A stretch of 64,000 nucleotides of DNA, taken from Bacteroidota bacterium (GTDB lineage Bacteria > Bacteroidota > Bacteroidia > AKYH767-A > OLB10). A program made the translations under genes and the position numbers. The stretch lies in contig JAHEYP010000001.1 in assembly GCA_023251535.1 (NCBI GenBank), positions 288,868-352,867 of the forward strand, read 5' to 3'. Under the pieces are notes generated by a model. The model worked only from the letters and a program-made list of their open reading frames with translations. It did no database searches and was not told the DNA's origin. Below, piece after piece: positions 28,224-37,797 of the stretch. Each line of letters starts with the position of its first letter. Position 1 is the first letter of the stretch.

Positions 28224-28229
28224 TGATCA

Positions 28230-28838
28230 TTATTTATAATGATCATTTAACCCTTTGCGTTGATCAACTAAATCGATTACTTTATCGAGACGCTTTAGTC
28301 GTGTTTCATCTCGTTTAGCATCGGTTATCCACATCACCATTTCCTTACGTTTATAATATGCTAACTCGTCGAATGCCTTTGTAAGTTTTAACTTAGCGAG
28401 AGCCTTTTTAAGATCGTCGGGAACCACAACTACTTTTTCATCGGGTGCAACTTTTACAACCACTCCAGCTTTATTATTCGCGGCTGCTTCCTTCAGATAG
28501 GCTTTTAAAATAGTTGCCTTAATTTCTTTAACATCGGTAAACTTAATATTTCTATTATGTTGGTTACCTGGATTAGTGATTAATATTTTATGCGGATCTT
28601 TAAGCATTGCGCCTTGAAAAAAAGCGATGGCCACATGCGATTTAAACGCACCGAAGCCGCATACCATACCATGATAATAAAAATTCGGGCCCCATTTCCA
28701 ATCTTCGATAACATCAGGAATCGCTGCATGAATTAACTCACGCAACTTAACACAAATTTCGTGAGAGAAAGGAGGCAACGCATCAATATACTCTGTAATA
28801 AGTAATGAAGCACCAGGATGATGTTTAGACTTCGCCAT
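28230..28838 (-). CDS. YdeI/OmpD-associated family protein (DUF1801 + OmdA)
   Basis: 'LRELIH...EDWKWGP..AFKSHV..FFQGA.LKDP' and 'VPDDLKKAL..AFDEL..KEMVMWITDAKRDETRLKR'. Confidence 0.85.
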   Translation of the reverse strand: MAKSKHHPGASLLITEYIDALPPFSHEICVKLRELIHAAIPDVIEDWKWGPNFYYHGMVCGFGAFKSHVAIAFFQGAMLKDPHKILITNPGNQHNRNIKFTDVKEIKATILKAYLKEAAANNKAGVVVKVAPDEKVVVVPDDLKKALAKLKLTKAFDELAYYKRKEMVMWITDAKRDETRLKRLDKVIDLVDQRKGLNDHYK

Positions 28839-28846
28839 ACTCCAAT

Positions 28847-29389
28847 TTATTTCAAATTATGGAAATCTTCTAGCGTCATTACCCATTGCTTCACGGGTTG
28901 TTCGAAATTGATTGGACCTGGAACAGTAACATACTCTTTCACGAAAGTAAATCCCGCTTTAGGCAATGTTTTATTGGGAGCATCATTTAATGCATAAGGC
29001 TCACAAATTAATTTTTTCAAACTAAAATTCTTGAAGAAAAAAGGCAGTGACAATTTCACCAGCTCAGCTCCATATCCCGAGCGGCGCAATAACGGTTCCC
29101 ACAAATGCAAATGCATATGTGCTTCTTCACCGAATGAAATCATATTGATATTACAATGACCTACGGCTCGATTATTCACATACCAAATTACAGGATATGC
29201 TTGTTTCTCAGCATAAGGAAGAGCATATTGATGAGTCAAGCGATCAATCAACACATCGCCAGAAACGCGTTTCGATAAATCGACGCCTAAACTTTCTAAA
29301 AAAGAATCGGAAGCCTTATCCCAATACTCCGCAATTAAACGGATATCCTGCAGAGTTGCTTCTTTAACATCGATAGACAGGTCAGCCAT
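28847..29389 (-). CDS. GNAT (RimJ/RimL-like) N-acetyltransferase
   Basis: 'HMHLHLW...RRSGYG', 'EPYALNDAPNKTLPKAGF'. Confidence 0.8.
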   Translation of the reverse strand: MADLSIDVKEATLQDIRLIAEYWDKASDSFLESLGVDLSKRVSGDVLIDRLTHQYALPYAEKQAYPVIWYVNNRAVGHCNINMISFGEEAHMHLHLWEPLLRRSGYGAELVKLSLPFFFKNFSLKKLICEPYALNDAPNKTLPKAGFTFVKEYVTVPGPINFEQPVKQWVMTLEDFHNLK

Positions 29390-29400
29390 GAGATCATCGT

Positions 29401-30702
29401 TTAAATCGCATCTTTCAGCAATTGTCCGAAGCGATATGCGTCAACATATGAATTGTATAACGGCACTGGAGCTACGCGAATTACTCCACTACCTCTACCC
29501 TCTTGATCAGGTTCGCGCCAATCGGCGATAACACCTGCCCTAGTTAAATCATCAAAAATTTGTTTTCCGTCTGTAGCGAATTGCAAAGAAAGTTGGCAAC
29601 CCTGTTGTTGTTTTTCGAAAGGAGTAATAACTGAGATAAGATTTTCTTTCCCTTTCTCTTTAAGCACTTCTCTAATTACAAATAGCAGGTATGAAGTTAG
29701 CTCCAAACTTTTCGAAACAAGTTTATCCATGGTTGCTTCATCGAACAACTCGAGTGATGCACGTAAGGCAGCTAATTCTAATATTGGTGCATTACTTAAC
29801 TGCCAACTATCGGCAGAAAGAACTGGCGTAAACTGGTGTGGCATTTTAAATCGCGTTTCAGGATCATTACCCCACCAACCTGCAAAGCGAGGGAGGTGTG
29901 GATTTTTTGCGTGACGTTCATTGACAAAAATCCCACCCACTGTTCCAGGACCACCATTTAAATATTTATACGAACACCATGCTGCGAAATCGACATTCCA
30001 ATTATGCAATTCGAGTTTCAAATTTCCTGCAGCGTGAGCTAAATCAAATCCTGCGTAAGCACCTACTTCATGCGCAGCATCCGTTATCAATTTCATATTA
30101 AGGACTTGCCCAGTAAAATAATGTACGCCACCAAACATCACTAAGGCTAGTTCATCACCACAATCATCAATCGCTTTAAGAATATCTTCATTCGAAATAA
30201 GTTCACTTCCTTTTGAAGGCTCTAATTCAATAATAGCATCATCTGGATCGAAACCATGGAAGCGCGCTTGCGATTGCAAAGCATAACGATCGGAAGGGAA
30301 GGCACCTGCTTCACAAATAATTTTATAGCGATCTTTTGTTGGGCGATAGAATGAAACAAGAAGTAAATGGAGATTCACCGTTAAGTGATTCATCACAGCA
30401 ACTTCTAACGGTGACGCACCTACGACATTTGCAATTGACTCACGCACCAACTCGTGATACTTAAACCAACCTGTTTTAGGTTTAAAGTGGCCTTCAACTC
30501 CAAGGCGTGCCCAGTCTTGCAATTCTTCATTCACATAAACAGTAGTATTCTTAGGTTGGAGACCTAAAGAGTTACCACAGAAATAAACACAATCATGACC
30601 CTCATGTTGCGGAATAAAAAATTTATTTCTGAAAGAAGACAAAGAATCCTGCTGATCCTTTTTTTGGGCGAAGTCGATTGAATTTTCGAACGAAGAGCTC
30701 AT
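29401..30702 (-). CDS. kynU: Kynureninase
   Basis: 'YFCGNSLGLQP', 'TVNLHLLLVSFYRP', 'AFPSD', 'GFDLAHAAGN', 'WCSYKYLNGGPG', 'GWWG', 'RVAPVPLYN'. ATG 30702 preferred. Confidence 0.95.
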   Translation of the reverse strand: MSSSFENSIDFAQKKDQQDSLSSFRNKFFIPQHEGHDCVYFCGNSLGLQPKNTTVYVNEELQDWARLGVEGHFKPKTGWFKYHELVRESIANVVGASPLEVAVMNHLTVNLHLLLVSFYRPTKDRYKIICEAGAFPSDRYALQSQARFHGFDPDDAIIELEPSKGSELISNEDILKAIDDCGDELALVMFGGVHYFTGQVLNMKLITDAAHEVGAYAGFDLAHAAGNLKLELHNWNVDFAAWCSYKYLNGGPGTVGGIFVNERHAKNPHLPRFAGWWGNDPETRFKMPHQFTPVLSADSWQLSNAPILELAALRASLELFDEATMDKLVSKSLELTSYLLFVIREVLKEKGKENLISVITPFEKQQQGCQLSLQFATDGKQIFDDLTRAGVIADWREPDQEGRGSGVIRVAPVPLYNSYVDAYRFGQLLKDAI

Positions 30703-30792
30703 TGTATGAATATCGTAATTACGAACAATCAAAGATAGAATTGAAGAATGAATAGTACACGAAATACTTCATAATATTTTCGACACAAAACA

Positions 30793-30821
30793 AAGAAGGC
30801 ACTCGAGTGGAGTGCCTTCTT
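30793..30821 (-). terminator. Hairpin/terminator at the end of the ACIII-oxidase operon
   Basis: AAGAAGGCACTC-GAGTG-GAGTGCCTTCTT, followed on the minus strand by TTTGTTTT. Confidence 0.75.
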
Positions 30822-30837
30822 AAATATAAGAATCAGA

Positions 30838-32691
30838 TTAGTGATCGTGTGGTGTATTACTTTCTGGTGTTTCAGAGAAAGGAACAGTTTGACAGATAAA
30901 GTCTTCCTTAGCTCCTGGCTTACCGTAATCGTATGGCCAACGATGTACCTCAGGAATTGCACCAGGCCAGTTTCCGTGAAGATGCTCGATTGGAGTTGTC
31001 CATTCAAGCGTATTAGATTTCCAAGGATTCTGAGATGACTTCTTGCCATTTTTAATGCTATAGTAGAAGTTAAATAAGAAAATAAACTGAGCAAGACCAC
31101 CGATGATAGCAAACACAGTAACAACGTGATTGATGTTAATTAGGTTAGCAAAACCATCATAAGCAGTATTAGCATAATAACGACGAGGAACACCAGCAAG
31201 TCCCAAGAAGTGCATTGGGAAGAATGTACCATACAATCCGATTATTGTTAACCAGAAGTGTATGAATCCTAATTTCTTGTTCATCAATCGACCATACATT
31301 TTAGGGAACCAATGGTAAACTCCGGCAAACATACCGAAGATAGCAGATGACCCCATTACGATGTGGAAGTGAGCAACAACGAAATACGTATCGTGAACAT
31401 TAATATCTAACGCAGAGTCTCCAAGGATGATACCTGTAAGACCACCTGTAATGAAAGTAGAAACGAGACCGATACCGAACAACATCTGCGGAGTAAACTG
31501 AATATTACCTCTCCATAGAGTAGTGATATAGTTAAACACCTTTACAGCGGAAGGAATCGCAACCAATAAAGTAGTGAATACGAATACAGAACCTAAGAAA
31601 GGATTCATACCTGTAACGAACATGTGGTGACCCCAAACGATAAACGAAAGGAAAGCGATAACCAACATTGAACCGATCATGGCTTTGTAACCGAAGATAG
31701 GTTTACGAGAGTTTACAGAGATAACCTCAGAAGCAAGACCTAAGGCAGGTAATAATACGATATAAACCTCAGGGTGACCTAAGAACCAGAATAAGTGTTG
31801 GTATAAAATCGGAGAACCACCGGCATGATCTAATGGTGCGCCATCGATAAAGATATCGCTCAAGTAGAAACTTGTTCCGAAGCTACGGTCGAACACCAAT
31901 AACAATGCAGCAGCAAGAAGTACAGGGAACGATAATACCCCAAGGATAGCAGTAATGAAGAACGCCCAGATAGTAAGCGGCATTCTAGTCATTGCCATAC
32001 CTTTCGTACGAAGGTTAATGATTGTAGAGATGTAGTTAATACTTCCTAATAACGAAGAAGCGATGAAGAACACCATCGAAACCAACCATAAAGTCATACC
32101 TAATCCAGAACCCGGAATTGCTTGCGGCAATGCACTTAACGGAGGATAAACTGTCCATCCACCAGATGCAGGACCTGTTTCAATTCCCAATGAGAATAAC
32201 ATGATGATACTCGACAAAGCGAAGAACCAGAACGAAAGAGCATTCAAGAAACCTGATGCCATATCTCGTGCTCCGAGTTGAAGAGGAATGAGTAAGTTCG
32301 AGAAGGTACCGCTCAAACCTGCAGTTAATACAAAGAATACCATGATAGTACCATGGATTGTAACTAACGCTAAGTAGAAGCCGGGATCTAGTTTACCATC
32401 TTTTCCCCATTTACCGATTACGTCCTCTAAGAAAGGAAGTTTTGCATCAGGCCAAGCCAATTGCATACGGAAAATAAGCGACATAAACATCGCGAGGAAG
32501 CCCATAAAGATTGCAACATTCAAATACTGTTTTGCAATCATTTTATGGTCGGTAGAGAAGATATACTTCGACCAGAAGTTATCTTCGTGATCATGATCAT
32601 GATCGTGACCGTGGTGATCGTGTGAATGACCATGTGCATGCTCATCGGCATGAGCTCCATGGGCCATACTGTTATGTGGATTCACTTCCAT
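30838..32691 (-). CDS. ctaD: Cytochrome c oxidase subunit I (type A1, aa3)
   Basis: 'HGTIM', 'GWTVYPPL', 'YQHLFWFLGHPEVY', 'WGHHMF', 'HDTYFVVAHFH', 'PRRY'. Confidence 0.97.
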   Translation of the reverse strand: MEVNPHNSMAHGAHADEHAHGHSHDHHGHDHDHDHEDNFWSKYIFSTDHKMIAKQYLNVAIFMGFLAMFMSLIFRMQLAWPDAKLPFLEDVIGKWGKDGKLDPGFYLALVTIHGTIMVFFVLTAGLSGTFSNLLIPLQLGARDMASGFLNALSFWFFALSSIIMLFSLGIETGPASGGWTVYPPLSALPQAIPGSGLGMTLWLVSMVFFIASSLLGSINYISTIINLRTKGMAMTRMPLTIWAFFITAILGVLSFPVLLAAALLLVFDRSFGTSFYLSDIFIDGAPLDHAGGSPILYQHLFWFLGHPEVYIVLLPALGLASEVISVNSRKPIFGYKAMIGSMLVIAFLSFIVWGHHMFVTGMNPFLGSVFVFTTLLVAIPSAVKVFNYITTLWRGNIQFTPQMLFGIGLVSTFITGGLTGIILGDSALDINVHDTYFVVAHFHIVMGSSAIFGMFAGVYHWFPKMYGRLMNKKLGFIHFWLTIIGLYGTFFPMHFLGLAGVPRRYYANTAYDGFANLININHVVTVFAIIGGLAQFIFLFNFYYSIKNGKKSSQNPWKSNTLEWTTPIEHLHGNWPGAIPEVHRWPYDYGKPGAKEDFICQTVPFSETPESNTPHDH

Positions 32692-32752
32692 GTGAATATT
32701 GTTTTCTTGCTTTGAAATTTATAACGAACGATTACTTACTTTTTTTTGCGGA

Positions 32753-33784
32753 TTACTTCGCCATTGAAGTAGCTGCAGAATCAGCAGGTGCCGGAGTTGC
32801 GGCAGGAGCAGCAGCTTCTTCTTTAGGGAATACAGCAGACTGTGTTTTCAACCACTCTTCATATTCTGCTGGTTCAACAACACGAACAGGCATTTTCATA
32901 TTATAGTGAGCTACACCGCAAATTTTATTACATAACATGATAAACTCGAACTTCGGATTACCTGTTTCTTTCTGCATTTCTGCAGTCGTTTTTGTAGGCT
33001 TGAATGCGAAGCGAGTAGTCATTCCCGGTACCGCGTTCATTTGAACACGGAAGTGAGGAAGGTAAACCGAGTGAATAACATCGCGAGAGTTAATCATCAA
33101 TTGTACTTCAGCACCTTTAGGCAATACTAATTCTTTAGCGATTAAATCGTCAGCAGTAGCTGCATCAGATGAATCGATACCTAAAGGATTTGTATCGGTG
33201 ATACTACGGAAGAATGAAGATCCTAACTTATTATCTTTTCCTGCATAGCGAGCAGTAAAATCAAATTGTTTAGCATAGATCTGAATTACAATTCCCTTCA
33301 TAGAAGCTGACTTCTTAGTGATTTCATTCCACTCACTCATACCTGTAGTAATTAATGCTGCAAGTACAATTGTAGGGATGATCGTCCAAATTGCTTCTAA
33401 TTTATTGTTATCGTGGAAATAGAATGATCTTCTGTTTTTATTATAACGGTATTTATACGCAAAAAAGAAAAGAAGAATTTGCGTAATAAAGAACGTAATG
33501 AATAAAACTGTCCAATTGATTGTCATTAACCCATCAATTGCTTCACCATGTTCAGACGCTGCTTTAGGTAAAGTTAAAGGGAGGTACAGGTTCATGATGT
33601 AAACCATCACGGATAACCCGATTATCAAGAACGCGATCATACCGATACTATTCCATCGGTTAGCACTTTCCTGTTCTGCTTCTTCGTTCTCTCCTGAAAG
33701 TTTCGATGCAAGAGCCGCTACATTGGCTAAACGCACCAGAACCAAGGTTCCAAAAACGACCGCTAAGATGAGCAAGATGTTCAT
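32753..33784 (-). CDS. ctaC: Cytochrome c oxidase subunit II
   Basis: 'LEAIWTIIP', 'DVIHS', 'AVPG', CuA motif 'CNKICGVAHYNM'. Confidence 0.95.
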   Translation of the reverse strand: MNILLILAVVFGTLVLVRLANVAALASKLSGENEEAEQESANRWNSIGMIAFLIIGLSVMVYIMNLYLPLTLPKAASEHGEAIDGLMTINWTVLFITFFITQILLFFFAYKYRYNKNRRSFYFHDNNKLEAIWTIIPTIVLAALITTGMSEWNEITKKSASMKGIVIQIYAKQFDFTARYAGKDNKLGSSFFRSITDTNPLGIDSSDAATADDLIAKELVLPKGAEVQLMINSRDVIHSVYLPHFRVQMNAVPGMTTRFAFKPTKTTAEMQKETGNPKFEFIMLCNKICGVAHYNMKMPVRVVEPAEYEEWLKTQSAVFPKEEAAAPAATPAPADSAATSMAK

Positions 33785-33834
33785 AGCTTGTTGTTAGTTG
33801 TGGAGTATTGAGATAATATTATTTCTTCTACTAA

Positions 33835-35106
33835 TTAAATTGCATGATGCAAGCTTTCTTCCATCATTGGGTGGTTTTTAGCCACTAATGGAGATTTGCT
33901 TAAATAATGCTGAACTAAATACATGAATAAACCGATGAATCCGATAGTAGTACCGATTTCCATTAAGCCGATTGATCCGATTGAAATTGCAGCTTCGCCA
34001 TGTTCTGCAACATGAGCAGCACCTTCTGCTGCATGGTGACCTGCTGTAATCATTGAACCAGGGATGATCATAACGAATGTATCGATCCAGTGACCAATAA
34101 AGACTACGATAGACATTCCCATCAATAGATATAATTTACGTTTTGCATCTCTAGTCATTAAAATCACAAACGGAGTAATGAAGTTAATGAAGAAAGAAGC
34201 TAACCATAGACCACGGTAGTGATCTTGACGTAACATGAAATAAGTGATTTCCTCAGGGATGTTAGAATACCAGATTAACATAAACTGGCAGAACCATAAG
34301 TATGTCCAAAAGATACTGAACGCAAACATAAACTTACCGATATCGTGTAAGTGGTGCTCAGTTACTTCTTGTAAATATCCTTTCGACTTAAGGTAAGTAA
34401 CAGTAAATACTAATGCAGCGATTGACGTTACAAATATTCCTGAGAACGTATACCAAGCAAACAACGTACTGAACCAGTGAGTATCAACGCTCATTACAAA
34501 ATCCCATGACATGGTAGATTCAGTAACAGCAAATAATACTAAGAATTTAGCAGCTGCAGCTCTATTTTTTCTCCAGTAACCTACTCCGTCACCTTCGTCG
34601 CTTAACATTGAATTTTTACGGAATAACTTCGCGAAGTATGTCCAGATTACGAAATACGCCACCACACGAATCCAGAAGAAAGTTGGATTCAAGAATCCGC
34701 TTTTCCCTGCTATGATTTCATCGTATTTAGGTGATTTAGGATCGAACAACTCTGCATCCATCCAATGGTAAAGGTGATGACCACCTAATGCAATAATTAC
34801 GATCATGATACCACCTGCTACAGGTAATGACTGACCCATTGCTTCCAACGGACGTTTGATTACAGCGCTCCATCCTACTTCAGCCACATACTGTACAGCT
34901 AAAAAGAATGTTGCACATAAGGCCATACCCATAAACATGAAATTATTCATGAGGAGGTTAGACCATGTTTGTTCATGATGAGTTGCAAACTGAGCGATAA
35001 TGGCCAGAAGACCGATTATCATCATGACTCCTGCAATCATCCGATTTTTTCGGGTGAATTCGTAAGGCTTCGTACTTGTTACCTCGATATGATGATGGTG
35101 TCCCAT
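33835..35106 (-). CDS. actF: Alternative complex III subunit F (quinol:cytochrome c oxidoreductase membrane subunit)
   Basis: Multi-TM; 'LYHW', 'WDFVMS..HWFST', 'HLHDIGKF', 'QFMLIWYSNIPEE'; operon position. Confidence 0.92.
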   Translation of the reverse strand: MGHHHHIEVTSTKPYEFTRKNRMIAGVMMIIGLLAIIAQFATHHEQTWSNLLMNNFMFMGMALCATFFLAVQYVAEVGWSAVIKRPLEAMGQSLPVAGGIMIVIIALGGHHLYHWMDAELFDPKSPKYDEIIAGKSGFLNPTFFWIRVVAYFVIWTYFAKLFRKNSMLSDEGDGVGYWRKNRAAAAKFLVLFAVTESTMSWDFVMSVDTHWFSTLFAWYTFSGIFVTSIAALVFTVTYLKSKGYLQEVTEHHLHDIGKFMFAFSIFWTYLWFCQFMLIWYSNIPEEITYFMLRQDHYRGLWLASFFINFITPFVILMTRDAKRKLYLLMGMSIVVFIGHWIDTFVMIIPGSMITAGHHAAEGAAHVAEHGEAAISIGSIGLMEIGTTIGFIGLFMYLVQHYLSKSPLVAKNHPMMEESLHHAI

Positions 35107-35127
35107 AATTGATCGTTGATCGGTAGT

Positions 35128-35784
35128 TTATTTTGCCAAGGCAGTTACCTTGGATGAATCTTTAGTTGCTGTTGCTGTAGTACTGTCAGAACCAATCGGA
35201 GAAGCTCCGTCGTTCTGTAATTGATGGATGTACATTACAATTCTCCAACGATCTTCCGGTGCAATTTGAGCAGCATGTGCGCCCATCAAGTTGATACCGT
35301 AAGTAATTGTATGGAAAATTTTTCCATCGGTAAGATCTTTCATCAAACCTCCACGAGAAGAATTACCTTTTGAGTAAGACGGAGGAGGAGGAAACTTACC
35401 GATAGCTACGATACTTCCATCACCTTGACCTGTAGAACCATGGCAATGAACACAGAAAATTTCATACTGACGTTTTCCTTCAGCAAGATTTTCTTTGTTT
35501 AGCACCAATGGGTTTTTCACGTCGCGACCAGCTGCTTCATAACCTTCGTTAGTTGCAGGGTAGTGAAAGAAAGTATAGTTACGTGGAACAGTTCCGTCAA
35601 CCGGATGTTGCATCGTTAAACTATCTGAGAAATTCGGGTTCGCTGAATACACCTCATAAGACGGTGAGCGATACATGTCCGGCATATATTCCAGGCCGGG
35701 TTTCTTAGGGTCCTTGCTACATGACGTTGCTAGCATCATCACTGACGCTGCTCCGGCACAAAGGATCGCTATGGTATTCTTCAT
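35128..35784 (-). CDS. actE: Alternative complex III subunit E (monoheme cytochrome c lipoprotein)
   Basis: Lipobox 'LATSC', 'EYMPDMY', CVHCH, 'DGKIFHTIT.G..LM'. Confidence 0.92.
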   Translation of the reverse strand: MKNTIAILCAGAASVMMLATSCSKDPKKPGLEYMPDMYRSPSYEVYSANPNFSDSLTMQHPVDGTVPRNYTFFHYPATNEGYEAAGRDVKNPLVLNKENLAEGKRQYEIFCVHCHGSTGQGDGSIVAIGKFPPPPSYSKGNSSRGGLMKDLTDGKIFHTITYGINLMGAHAAQIAPEDRWRIVMYIHQLQNDGASPIGSDSTTATATKDSSKVTALAK

Positions 35785-35818
35785 ATCCTGGTTGGTATGG
35801 ATGTGGAAGGTTCGCTAA

Positions 35819-36349
35819 TTATTTATTTATAAATTCTACTGCACCTGCTGATTTCAACTGTGCTTCAACGTTTGCAATTTCAGAGTCATCCTTAATCTGG
35901 ATTGCCATAACGAAGTGGTCGTCAGCCATGCGTGGATGTATTACATTAGGTTCTACGCCCGGTAATAATTTACTTCTCAATAAGAAAGTAATAACCATAC
36001 CGTGAGCAGCACATAATACCGTACTTTCAAATGTTACAGGGATAAACGCCGGTAAATTTTTGTAGAAAGCATAACTAGGCTTTCCGCCGATATCCATTGG
36101 CCAATCAAAGATGTTCATATACCAGATCATCAATAACGCTAAGCTCATTCCTGTCATCCCATAAAGGAAAGCGCAAATTGAGATACGTGTACGATCTAAT
36201 CCTAGTTCATGATCTAAACCGTGAATCGGGAACGGAGAAATTACATCTTTCACTTTCAGTCCTTTCTTACGAAGGGAACCGATAGCATTCAGCACTACTT
36301 CATCATCGTTGAAGATGCCGTAAACGAATTTTTTTGTTGAAGCGCTCAT
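35819..36349 (-). CDS. actD: Alternative complex III subunit D (DUF3341)
   Basis: 'SPFPIHGLD', 'DWPMDIGGKP', 'PAFIPVTFE'. Confidence 0.92.
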   Translation of the reverse strand: MSASTKKFVYGIFNDDEVVLNAIGSLRKKGLKVKDVISPFPIHGLDHELGLDRTRISICAFLYGMTGMSLALLMIWYMNIFDWPMDIGGKPSYAFYKNLPAFIPVTFESTVLCAAHGMVITFLLRSKLLPGVEPNVIHPRMADDHFVMAIQIKDDSEIANVEAQLKSAGAVEFINK

Positions 36350-37749
36350 GCGTGTGATTCTGACTTATTAGAATGTTTAGCAGCTTTTTTCTTTTCGCCT
36401 TCTGAAGAAGACTTAATGATTGTCTTCAACTCACTCATTGCAATTACAGGGAATACCCTAGCGAAGAGGAGGAAGCACGTGAAGAATAATCCGATTGATC
36501 CGATATAGATACCAGCTTCTACCCAAGTTGGATGATACATCGCCCAGCTTGAAGGAATATAATCACGGTGAAGAGAAGTAACGATAATTACAAAACGCTC
36601 GAACCACATACCCACATTTACGAAGATCGAAATGATGAATGTTGCGAATACGTTCTCACGTAATTTAGAAGACCAGAATAACTGAGGAGTAATAACGTTA
36701 CATGTCATCATACTCCAATATGCCCACCAGTAAGGACCAGTAGCACGGTTGATGAACGCATATTGTTCGTACTCAACTCCTGAATACCAAGCGATGAAGA
36801 ACTCAGTGATATACGCCACACCTACGATAGATCCCGTGATCAAGATGATACGGTTCATCATATCGATATGGTAGATGGTAATATAATCTTCAAGGTTTAA
36901 TACTTTACGAACGATAATCAACAACGTTTGCACCATGGCAAAACCAGAGAAGATCGCACCCGCAACGAAGTATGGAGGGAAGATGGTAGTATGCCATCCC
37001 GGAATCACCGACGTAGCGAAGTCCATCGATACCACCGAGTGTACAGAAAGTACAAGTGGAGTTGAAAGACCTGCAAGTACTAGAGATACCTCTTCAAAGC
37101 GTTGCCAGTTTTTAGCACTACCTACCCAACCGAAGCTTAAGATAGTATAGATGCGTTTCGACATTTTTGTTTTTGCACGATCACGGATTACTGCGAAATC
37201 AGGAATAAGTCCTGTATACCAGAATACCAGTGATACAGAGAAATACGTCGAGATCGCGAATACGTCCCATACAAGTGGTGAGTTAAAGTTTACCCATAAC
37301 GAACCGAATTGGTTAGCTAAAGGTAAAGGCCAGTAACCTACCCAAGGACGTCCCATGTGCGATACGATAAACGTTGCAGCACAGATAACGGCGAAGATGG
37401 TCATCGCCTCTGCTGAACGGTTAATCGATAAACGCCATTTCTGACGGAATAATAATAAGATCGCTGAGATGAGGGTTCCGGCGTGACCGATACCTACCCA
37501 CCATACGAAATTGGTGATATCCCAAGCCCAACCTACAGTTTTGTTAAGTCCCCAAACTCCGAGGCCTGTTCCTAAGGTGTAGGATACTGAGATGATCCAC
37601 CACAACAAAGCTGCTGATGACACGCTGAATGCGAGCCACCACCATTTGTTTGCTTTTGACTCTACCGGGCGGCAGACATCTTCTGTGATATCGTGCCAGG
37701 TTTTATCGCCTAGAATTAGTGGCGGCCTGAGTTCCGATTCTTTATGCAT
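36346..37749 (-). CDS. actC: Alternative complex III subunit C (NrfD/polysulfide reductase-type)
   Basis: 'WDITNFVWWVGIGHAGTLISA', 'HMGRPW', 'NFNSPLVWDVFA', 'HSVVSMDFA', 'WFERF'. Confidence 0.95.
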   Translation of the reverse strand: MHKESELRPPLILGDKTWHDITEDVCRPVESKANKWWWLAFSVSSAALLWWIISVSYTLGTGLGVWGLNKTVGWAWDITNFVWWVGIGHAGTLISAILLLFRQKWRLSINRSAEAMTIFAVICAATFIVSHMGRPWVGYWPLPLANQFGSLWVNFNSPLVWDVFAISTYFSVSLVFWYTGLIPDFAVIRDRAKTKMSKRIYTILSFGWVGSAKNWQRFEEVSLVLAGLSTPLVLSVHSVVSMDFATSVIPGWHTTIFPPYFVAGAIFSGFAMVQTLLIIVRKVLNLEDYITIYHIDMMNRIILITGSIVGVAYITEFFIAWYSGVEYEQYAFINRATGPYWWAYWSMMTCNVITPQLFWSSKLRENVFATFIISIFVNVGMWFERFVIIVTSLHRDYIPSSWAMYHPTWVEAGIYIGSIGLFFTCFLLFARVFPVIAMSELKTIIKSSSEGEKKKAAKHSNKSESHA

Positions 37750-37797
37750 AGGTGACGAATTCTTACTTCGTTTATATTAATTTTATCTATTCTTTAA

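Noticed and set aside
30729-31124. 131-aa ORF overlapping the coxI 3' end (possible extra oxidase subunit)
   Set aside because: Alternate frame of coxI that crosses the terminator, with no subunit III/IV features
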